From a virus (Duplodnaviria > Caudoviricetes): a DNA stretch of 24,002 bases. The notes under the pieces were generated by a model, which saw nothing but the letters and a program-made list of their open reading frames with translations, was not told where the DNA came from and searched no databases. Position 1 is the stretch's first letter. Every line of letters starts with the position of its first letter. Shown here piece after piece: positions 1-7,456 of the stretch. The position numbers and the translations under genes are program-made. Where the stretch lies: positions 1 to 24,002 of IMG/VR virus record IMGVR_UViG_3300022178_000315. One strand, given 5' to 3'.

Positions 1-296
1 CAATTAAAGGAAAAGAATTAGATCCTGAAAAATTAATAGAACTTCAAACCAAAATAAATCTAGCTGAAGCTTCACATCGAACGTTATTTGTTGCCGGATG
101 GAGACCTTTTATAGGTTGGATATGTGGTTTTGCATTAGCTTACAATTTTGTTATACGTGATTTATTTATTTGGATAACAAAAACAACAGACGCGCCACCA
201 CCATTGCAAATGGAACATTTAATGACAGTATTGCTGGGAATGCTCGGACTTGGCGGACTAAGAACATACGAAAAAATAAAAGACAAGGTAAAATAA
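1..296 (+). CDS. 3-TM holin (GTA_holin_3TM-like), 5'-partial
   Basis: Not in the ORF track. The frame starting at nt 3 reads IKGKELDPEKLIELQTKINLAEASHRTLFVAGWRPFIGWICGFALAYNFVIRDLFIWIT...LMTVLLGMLGLGGLRTYEKIKDKVK, with TAA at 294-296. The WRP..GW and LGMLGLGGLRTYEK motifs plus hydrophobic helices are characteristic of this holin family. Confidence 0.85.
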   Translation, partial: IKGKELDPEKLIELQTKINLAEASHRTLFVAGWRPFIGWICGFALAYNFVIRDLFIWITKTTDAPPPLQMEHLMTVLLGMLGLGGLRTYEKIKDKVK

Positions 297-302
297 AAAA
301 AC

Positions 303-1439
303 ATGTATAACACAAATCAAACACCATTCACTACAAGCGCTGTTGATCTTCTATTGGCCTCAACATTGAAAGCTGAAACTGTATTATTAACAAACGCTGC
401 TTTAGCCAGCACGGTAACAGGTTTACCAGCTAGTTCAAGTGCTATTGTTTATTCAGACGGCGGAACATTTACTGGTTCAGCAGTTAGAAACACTCTAGGA
501 CCTACATCTGGAGCTCTATACCAAGTAAATTCAGCAGCAGATGGAACAGTAGAAAGTATAACTATAATAGATCAAGGACCTAACTCTGCAGCTGGAAAAA
601 CAATTACATTTAGTAATGAAACGCTATCTAGTAGCTTTGGAAATAACGGAACTTATGTTGGAGCCGTCATCAACACAACTGCTTCTACTATAACTTTAGA
701 TAACAGTAACGGTGGTGTGAATCCAGTTGGTGGATACACTGTAGGTGATGTTATTTCATTTGATTATAATTTTACAACAAACAATGGAGGTTTAGATTTT
801 GGACTACAAGGAGCGTCTGGAACAATAACAGAAGCAAGTGCAACGGGTTTTACAATATCATCGTTTAACGTTGGATCTGTGCAAACTGGTAGTTACGTTT
901 CTGGATCTATATCTATATTATCTGGAACTGAAGACGCATACAATATAGGTGGGCCTTCTGATACGGCTTCTGTTACTTTGAGTTACGGTGGAGGCACCGT
1001 TGTTAATAGCCAAACCGAAGTAGGAGATTACTTTACAGTAATACCACCAGCTAGCTTAACCCCACAAACTTTAGTAGTTACTTCTATTGATAAGGTAGGG
1101 CAAAGAGTTGTGTTCGCGGGAACATTTACATCTGACGACGTAAGTGGCGCTTTTGGAGCCTGGTATGTTTACGAATCAAACTACCAACCTGCGCTTAGTG
1201 GAGATATAACTTACACTCCAGCTGTTGCTAATTTAGAATTACCTAGCACTAATTTTACACAAAACCCAGCGGCTTTATACGTTGGAGTTGGAGGTGACAT
1301 AACTTTAACTTTACTTAATGATTCAACTGAAGTTAAATTTGCAGGTGTAACTGCTGGAACTTTTCTAGACGTACTATGTACTGGCGTTAATCTTGCAGCG
1401 GCTGGAACTCCAGCATCAGGATTGCTAGCTATTAGATAA
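303..1439 (+). CDS. Virion structural protein, probable head spike/decoration protein with a C-terminal spike-base-like domain
   Basis: 378 aa, rich in G/T/S/N with beta-type patterns. The C-terminus ALYVGVGGDITLTL...VKFAGVTAGTFLDV...GTPASGLLAIR resembles the RcGTA Rcc01079-type head-spike base family. Confidence 0.6.
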   Translation: MYNTNQTPFTTSAVDLLLASTLKAETVLLTNAALASTVTGLPASSSAIVYSDGGTFTGSAVRNTLGPTSGALYQVNSAADGTVESITIIDQGPNSAAGKTITFSNETLSSSFGNNGTYVGAVINTTASTITLDNSNGGVNPVGGYTVGDVISFDYNFTTNNGGLDFGLQGASGTITEASATGFTISSFNVGSVQTGSYVSGSISILSGTEDAYNIGGPSDTASVTLSYGGGTVVNSQTEVGDYFTVIPPASLTPQTLVVTSIDKVGQRVVFAGTFTSDDVSGAFGAWYVYESNYQPALSGDITYTPAVANLELPSTNFTQNPAALYVGVGGDITLTLLNDSTEVKFAGVTAGTFLDVLCTGVNLAAAGTPASGLLAIR

Positions 1440-1462
1440 ATAACAATAACAATAACAATAAC
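1439..1462 (+). repeat. Tandem hexamer (AATAAC)x4 followed by degenerate copies
   Basis: aataac aataac aataac aataac, then caataatcaat, in the intergenic leader of ORF 1487. Confidence 0.9.
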
Positions 1463-1486
1463 CAATAATCAATTAAATTTAATCAA

Positions 1487-1741
1487 ATGAAAAAAGTAGA
1501 AAGTAAAAAAGTAAGTAAAATTACAGACGAGCAATTAGAAGTAATTACAAAGCACCAAAAAGATTTAAACAAGTCTCTAACTAACATTGGTTTTTTAGAA
1601 ACTCAAAAACACAGCTTACTACATGAGTACGCTGGGATTGTTGACGATATCGAAAAGTACAAAAAAGAACTAGAAGATATTTATGGTGCTATAAATATCA
1701 ATATTGAAGATGGTACTTACACTACTATTGAAAAAGAATAA
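1487..1741 (+). CDS. Hypothetical small coiled-coil protein
   Basis: 84 aa, ATG start after an A-rich leader, heptad-like helical pattern, fits the operon. Confidence 0.75.
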   Translation: MKKVESKKVSKITDEQLEVITKHQKDLNKSLTNIGFLETQKHSLLHEYAGIVDDIEKYKKELEDIYGAININIEDGTYTTIEKE

Positions 1742-1743
1742 TA

Positions 1744-1971
1744 GTGGACCATGTTATAAGAAAAATAAGCATAGGTTCTGACTATAAAAACGAGGCTATG
1801 CATTATGCCGTAGGCCAGCAAGTTTACGGCGGACACACTATATGTAATATAATGTTCGATAAAGAAGAACAATCTTACAATATTCATATAAAGAAGAACA
1901 ACGAAATTTTGCCTTGGAAGAAGTTTAATAAAAACATGGCAATATCTGTTGAATATGATTTAGAATACTAA
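1744..1971 (+). CDS. Hypothetical phage protein
   Basis: 75 aa with a GTG start; its stop overlaps the next start (TAATG); globular beta-like composition. Confidence 0.75.
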   Translation: MDHVIRKISIGSDYKNEAMHYAVGQQVYGGHTICNIMFDKEEQSYNIHIKKNNEILPWKKFNKNMAISVEYDLEY

Positions 1972-2576
1972 TGAATAGTATTTATCAGTTTATAATAAAA
2001 CCGATAGGCGAAAGATATAATAATGAGTTGAACGTTGGTGATAAAAAGCTAATTATCAACTCTAGTATCTCTAGTCATAAATTTGTTAATAGAAAAGCAG
2101 AAGTAGTTGCTGTGCCTTTAGCGTTTGAAACAGAACTAAAAAAAGGTGATAAAGTTATTGTGCATCATAATTTATTTAGAAGATATTATAATCAAAAAGG
2201 TAGATCTGTAAATAGCGGAAAATACTTTAAAGATGATATGTATTTTGCTTCTGAAGATCAGATATACATGAAACAGGTTAATAACAGCTGGAAGACAGTC
2301 AAAGACTATTGCTTCGTCAAGCCAGTTGTTGATAAGGACAACTCTAGCTTAAGCAAACTAAAAGAGCGCGTTGGTATAGTAAAATACGGAAACAACGTCT
2401 TAGAAGCTCTTAAAATCAATAAAGGGGATTTAGTTGGATTTAAAAAGAACAGAGAATTTGAGTTCTTGATAGATGGTGAAATACTTTATTGCATGGAATC
2501 AAATGATATTTTAATTAAATATGAAAATAAAGGAAACGAAACTGAATATAATCCAAGCTGGGCAAATAGCAGTTGA
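1971..2576 (+). CDS. Co-chaperonin GroES/Cpn10-like protein with two tandem GroES-like domains
   Basis: Two copies of the Cpn10 pattern: FIIKP...KAEVVAVP...LKKGDKVIV...ASEDQIY and YCFVKP...VGIVKYG...INKGDLVGF...EFLIDGEILYCMESNDIL. Confidence 0.7.
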   Translation: MNSIYQFIIKPIGERYNNELNVGDKKLIINSSISSHKFVNRKAEVVAVPLAFETELKKGDKVIVHHNLFRRYYNQKGRSVNSGKYFKDDMYFASEDQIYMKQVNNSWKTVKDYCFVKPVVDKDNSSLSKLKERVGIVKYGNNVLEALKINKGDLVGFKKNREFEFLIDGEILYCMESNDILIKYENKGNETEYNPSWANSS

Positions 2577-2799
2577 AGAACTTATAAAGGTGGCAAAAGA
2601 AAAGATCGTTGACTCAGAAGATGATATCTCTGCTGACAGACTTAAAAACGCTGCCGCTACAAAGAAACTTGCTATATTTGATGCTTTTGAAATATTAGCT
2701 AGAATAGAATCAGAAGAAGATCTTTTAAACGATAAACCAAAAACTAGCGCTATTAAAGCCGAAGAGTTTAAAGGTTTTGCAGAAGGAAGATCTAGATAA
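2521..2799 (+). CDS. Probable terminase small subunit
   Basis: 92-aa helical protein directly upstream of TerL and coupled to it by TAATG; overlaps the GroES-like gene by 56 nt. Function is inferred from position only. Confidence 0.5.
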   Translation: MKIKETKLNIIQAGQIAVEELIKVAKEKIVDSEDDISADRLKNAAATKKLAIFDAFEILARIESEEDLLNDKPKTSAIKAEEFKGFAEGRSR

Positions 2800-5015
2800 T
2801 GTATAAGCAAAATCTATACCATATAGTAGAAGACCATATAAAGTCAAACGTTCTAAGTAGAATGAATAGGCTTAAAAAATGGGAATACGGATACAATAAA
2901 GAGCATGACATAGTTGTCATAAGCAAAACAGGACAAATAGGAGAGATATATAGTATACAAAATCTATTAATAGCTCTTCCGTTGGCTGAAGACGTGTACA
3001 AGTGTTCTAAGAAGAAAGAAGAACAACGTTGGAAAGTTTTAGAATATCCATCTGAATTAAATAAAATAAAAACAGTTTATGATTGGAACGAAAGACCAGT
3101 CGAGTTTAAAGAAAAATGGTACGAGTACATTAACAAAGAGTTTGTTCGTCGCGAAGAAGGCTATTGGTTCTATAGCAACGGCGTTCCTACTTATATTACT
3201 GGTTCTCAGTACATGTACCTGCAGTGGACTAAAATTGACGTGGGGTCAGCAGATTTTCGCGAGTCAAACAGGTTATTCTACATATTCTGGGAGGCTTGTA
3301 AATCGGACAGTAGGTGTTACGGAATGTGCTATCTTAAGAACAGACGGTCTGGATTTAGTTTCATGGCATCATCCGACACAGTTAACCAGGCAACAATTTC
3401 AAGAGATGCTAGGTTTGGAATACTCTCCAAGTCTGGAGCTGATGCTAAGAAAATGTTCACTGATAAAGTTGTACCCATATCGATTAACTACCCCTTCTTT
3501 TTTAAACCAATACAGGACGGAATGGAACGTCCAAAGACAGAATTATCATACAAAGTACCTTCGAAAAGGCTCACGCGTAATTCCATCAAAGAAACAACGG
3601 AAGATTTACAGGCGGGTCTTGACACCACGATCGACTGGAAGAATACAGGGGACAACTCCTATGATGGAGAAAAACTCAAGCTTCTCGTCCACGATGAATC
3701 GGGTAAATGGGAAAGACCAGATAACATCCTCAACAACTGGAGGGTTACGAAAACAACGTTAAGATTAGGTAGAAAAATAGTAGGTAAGTGCATGATGGGA
3801 TCTACTTCAAACGCATTAGACAAAGGTGGATCAAATTTTAAAAAACTATACGAATCTTCGGACGTCACAAAAAGAAACCGCAACGGACAGACTAGCTCAG
3901 GATTATATAGTTTGTTCGTACCTATGGAGTGGAATTACGAAGGATACATTGATTCTTATGGAATACCTGTATTCGACACTCCAAAAAAACCAATTAAAGG
4001 TATAGATGGTGAAGATATAGATATAGGTGTTATATCACATTGGGAAAATGAAGTAGATGGACTACACGACGACCAAGATGGCTTAAACGAATACTATAGA
4101 CAGTTTCCAAGAACAGAGAAACACGCTTTTAGAGACGAAGCTAAAGAATCTTTGTTTAACTTAGGTAAAATATACGAGCAAATAGACTATAATGAAGACT
4201 TACGTAATACTAATGTTGTTACACAGGGTAATTTTCAGTGGGAAGGTGGGATTAAAGATACTAGAGTGCTGTTTGTTCCTAGTAAAAGTGGAAGATTTTT
4301 TGTTAGCTGGGTTCCTCCGGTTACACTACAAAATAGATACAATATAAAAAATAACGTTAAGTATCCTGGTAATGAGCACTGTGGAGCTTTTGGATGCGAT
4401 AGTTACGATATATCTGGTACTGTTGATGGTAAAGGTTCTAAAGGATCTTTACATGGATTAACTAAGTTTTCAATGGAAGACGTACCGCCTAACTTATTTT
4501 TTTTAGAATATATAGCTAGACCACAGACAGCTGATATATTTTTTGAAGATGTTTTAATGGCTTTGGTTTTTTATGGTATGCCTATACTAGCAGAGAACAA
4601 CAAGCCAAGACTCTTATATTATATGAAAAGAAGAGGTTACAGAGGTTACTCTATGAATAGACCTGATAGGGTTATGCATAAATTATCTGTAACAGAAAGA
4701 GAGATAGGTGGAATACCTAACTCAAGTGAAGACATAAAGCAAGCTCACGCAGCAGCTATAGAGGATTATATAGAAAACCACATTGGTTTACTAAACGAAG
4801 GTTATGGCAGCATGTACTTTCAAAGAACTTTAGAAGATTGGGCGAAATTTAATATAAACAATAGGACTAAGCACGATGCATCTATAAGCTCTGGTTTAGC
4901 TATGATGGCTTGTAATAAACATAGATACACGCCTGTCGCGCAAAGAGTAATATCTAAAGTATCTTTAGGTTTTAGAAAATATAACAATTCAGGTCAAAAT
5001 TCAAAAATAATATAA
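2799..5015 (+). CDS. terL: Terminase large subunit
   Basis: 738 aa with Walker A-like YLKNRRSGFS, Walker B LKLLVHDESGKW, coupling motif GSTSN, and RNase H-type nuclease motifs AFGCDSYD and KHDASISSGL; lies immediately upstream of the portal. Confidence 0.93.
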   Translation: MYKQNLYHIVEDHIKSNVLSRMNRLKKWEYGYNKEHDIVVISKTGQIGEIYSIQNLLIALPLAEDVYKCSKKKEEQRWKVLEYPSELNKIKTVYDWNERPVEFKEKWYEYINKEFVRREEGYWFYSNGVPTYITGSQYMYLQWTKIDVGSADFRESNRLFYIFWEACKSDSRCYGMCYLKNRRSGFSFMASSDTVNQATISRDARFGILSKSGADAKKMFTDKVVPISINYPFFFKPIQDGMERPKTELSYKVPSKRLTRNSIKETTEDLQAGLDTTIDWKNTGDNSYDGEKLKLLVHDESGKWERPDNILNNWRVTKTTLRLGRKIVGKCMMGSTSNALDKGGSNFKKLYESSDVTKRNRNGQTSSGLYSLFVPMEWNYEGYIDSYGIPVFDTPKKPIKGIDGEDIDIGVISHWENEVDGLHDDQDGLNEYYRQFPRTEKHAFRDEAKESLFNLGKIYEQIDYNEDLRNTNVVTQGNFQWEGGIKDTRVLFVPSKSGRFFVSWVPPVTLQNRYNIKNNVKYPGNEHCGAFGCDSYDISGTVDGKGSKGSLHGLTKFSMEDVPPNLFFLEYIARPQTADIFFEDVLMALVFYGMPILAENNKPRLLYYMKRRGYRGYSMNRPDRVMHKLSVTEREIGGIPNSSEDIKQAHAAAIEDYIENHIGLLNEGYGSMYFQRTLEDWAKFNINNRTKHDASISSGLAMMACNKHRYTPVAQRVISKVSLGFRKYNNSGQNSKII
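3079..3762 (+). CDS. Candidate overprinted gene (+1 frame of terL), lipoprotein-like
   Basis: 227 open codons in the +1 frame. Contains a KKAIGSIATAFLLILLVLST-C signal/lipobox-like segment (alternative TTG start at 3142) and an R/S/T-rich tail; the region is locally richer in C/G. Confidence 0.45.
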   Translation: MIGTKDQSSLKKNGTSTLTKSLFVAKKAIGSIATAFLLILLVLSTCTCSGLKLTWGQQIFASQTGYSTYSGRLVNRTVGVTECAILRTDGLDLVSWHHPTQLTRQQFQEMLGLEYSPSLELMLRKCSLIKLYPYRLTTPSFLNQYRTEWNVQRQNYHTKYLRKGSRVIPSKKQRKIYRRVLTPRSTGRIQGTTPMMEKNSSFSSTMNRVNGKDQITSSTTGGLRKQR

Positions 5016-5018
5016 TAA

Positions 5019-7427
5019 ATGGTCTACAATACTAATAATAGCATCTTTCCAGATCAGGTGGTACCTGAAGAAGAAAAGAAATCATTTGAATATGGTTTAG
5101 CTGTTGGAAACGCTATTGAACAAGAATGGTTTAGAAATAACAGTGGTCAGGATAGGTTTTCCTATAATTTCCAGAACTTCAATAGACTAAGATTATACGC
5201 TAGAGGTGAACAACCTGTACAGAAGTATAAAGATGAATTATCTAATAACGGTGACTTGTCTTATTTGAATTTAGACTGGAAGCCAATACCGGTTCTTTCT
5301 AAGTTTGTAGATATAGTAGTTAATGGCATGACTGAAAAGGGTTATGAAATGAAAGCTTTTGCTTCAGACCCATTTGCTTTAAAGCAACGTACTGATTTTG
5401 CTGCTAACGCCTTAAGAGACATAGAAAACAAAGAAGCTATAGATAGATTATCTCAAGCTACTGGTCAAAACTTCTATGCTTCTACTGATCCAGAAAACAT
5501 ACCTAGAGACAAAAACGAATTAGACTTAATGCTACAGCTTAACTACAAATTAAGTGTAGAAATAGCTGAAGAAGAGGTTGTTAGCAACGTGCTTAAGTAT
5601 AATAAATTTGATGAAATTAAAAAAAGACTAGCTTATGACCTTACCGTTTTAGGAATTGCAGCTAGTAAAACTAGCTTTAATCTTTCTGAAGGTATAACAA
5701 CTCACTACGTGGATCCAGCTAACTTAGTTTATTCAGCTACAGATGATCCTAATTTTGAAGACATTTATTATGTTGGAGAAATTAAAGCTTTAACTTTGCC
5801 TGAAATAAAAAGATTATTTCCTAATCTAACTAACGAAGAGTTAGAAACTATACAGAAGTATCCAGGTAGACAGAATTACGCTCAAAGCGATTGGCAGGTA
5901 AATAGTGATACAGAGAAACATCAGGTTTTATTTTTTGAATACAAAACGTATCACGATCAAGTGTTTAAAATAAAACAAACTGAACAAGGTTTAGAAAAAA
6001 CATTAGAAAAGCAAGACACATTTAATCCTCCTCCAAGTGATAACTTTGAAAGAGTGTCTAGATCTATTGAAGTATTATATACTGGAGCGAAAGTTTTAGG
6101 TATGGGAGATACTATGTTAGAGTGGAAGTTAGCTGAGAACATGACAAGACCTTACGCTGATACTACTAAGGTTAATATGAATTACTGTATATCAGCTCCT
6201 AGAATGTATCAAGGGCGTATAGAATCTATAGTTAGTAGAACAATAGGTTTCGCTGATATGATTCAATTGACTCATTTAAAGCTACAGCAAGTATTAGCTC
6301 GTATGGTTCCTGATGGAGTTTACTTAGACGTAGACGGGTTAGCTGAAGTTGACTTAGGCAATGGAACGAACTATAATCCAGCAGAAGCATTAAATATGTA
6401 CTTCCAGACCGGAACAATAGTAGGTAGATCATTAACTCAAGATGGCGAGATTAATCGTGGTAAAGTGCCAATTCAAGAGCTTCAAAGTTCTTCTGGTATA
6501 TCTAAAATACAAGCAATGATACAAACGTATCAATACTACTTGCAAATGATTAGAGATGTAACAGGATTAAACGAAGCTAGAGATGGAAGTTCTCCAGATA
6601 AAAACGCTTTAGTAGGTCTACAAAAACTAGCAGCAGCAAACTCTAATACGGCTACAAGACATATATTACAGTCTTTAATGTATATTACGATTAGAACATG
6701 TGAAAATATAAGTTTAAGGGTAGCTGATGTGTTGCAGTTTCCATTAACAAAAGCATCTTTACTTAATAGTATAAATGCTTTTAATGTAGCTACTCTAAAG
6801 GAAATAGATACTCTATCGTTACATGACTTCGGTATATTCTTAGATCTAGAACCAGACGAAGAAGATAAAGCCCAATTAGAAAAAAGCATACAAATAGCAT
6901 TGCAATCTGGAGCTATAAAACTTTCAGATGCTATAGATATAAGAGATATACAAAACATAAAGCTAGCTAATACATATTTGAAGTTTAGACAAACTGAAAA
7001 TCAAGAGGCTGAAAGAGCTGCACAGATGGAAAACATTCAGGCTCAAGCTCAAGCTAATAGTGAATCTGCTGAAAAAGCTGCCGAGGCTGAAGTTCAAAAA
7101 CAACAAGCTTTAGCTCAAACTACTGTTCAAATAGAGCAAGCTAAGTCTCAGTTTGAAATACAACGCATGGAGCAAGAGGCTGAAATAAAAAGAGGTCTAA
7201 TGGCTGAAGAGTTTTCATATCAAATGAAACTAGCAGAAATGCATGCTAAAGCTAATTCTCAAAAAGAAGCTCAAATAGAGGACAGAAAAGACAAAAGACT
7301 ACAAATGCAAGGCACTCAACAGAGTGAACTTATAGATCAAAGACAAAACGATCTGCTACCTAAAAACTTTGAATCAACTAATGACGGCTTAGGCGGTTTT
7401 GATTTAGAACAGTTTACCCCGAGATAG
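5019..7427 (+). CDS. Portal protein (crAss/P22-like podovirus type)
   Basis: 802 aa between TerL and scaffold/MCP, with a long Q/E/A-rich C-terminal coiled coil (barrel) and a MIRDVTGLNEARDGS motif typical of such portals. Confidence 0.88.
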   Translation: MVYNTNNSIFPDQVVPEEEKKSFEYGLAVGNAIEQEWFRNNSGQDRFSYNFQNFNRLRLYARGEQPVQKYKDELSNNGDLSYLNLDWKPIPVLSKFVDIVVNGMTEKGYEMKAFASDPFALKQRTDFAANALRDIENKEAIDRLSQATGQNFYASTDPENIPRDKNELDLMLQLNYKLSVEIAEEEVVSNVLKYNKFDEIKKRLAYDLTVLGIAASKTSFNLSEGITTHYVDPANLVYSATDDPNFEDIYYVGEIKALTLPEIKRLFPNLTNEELETIQKYPGRQNYAQSDWQVNSDTEKHQVLFFEYKTYHDQVFKIKQTEQGLEKTLEKQDTFNPPPSDNFERVSRSIEVLYTGAKVLGMGDTMLEWKLAENMTRPYADTTKVNMNYCISAPRMYQGRIESIVSRTIGFADMIQLTHLKLQQVLARMVPDGVYLDVDGLAEVDLGNGTNYNPAEALNMYFQTGTIVGRSLTQDGEINRGKVPIQELQSSSGISKIQAMIQTYQYYLQMIRDVTGLNEARDGSSPDKNALVGLQKLAAANSNTATRHILQSLMYITIRTCENISLRVADVLQFPLTKASLLNSINAFNVATLKEIDTLSLHDFGIFLDLEPDEEDKAQLEKSIQIALQSGAIKLSDAIDIRDIQNIKLANTYLKFRQTENQEAERAAQMENIQAQAQANSESAEKAAEAEVQKQQALAQTTVQIEQAKSQFEIQRMEQEAEIKRGLMAEEFSYQMKLAEMHAKANSQKEAQIEDRKDKRLQMQGTQQSELIDQRQNDLLPKNFESTNDGLGGFDLEQFTPR

Positions 7428-7456
7428 GGAATTATTAATTTTTATTATATTATATT

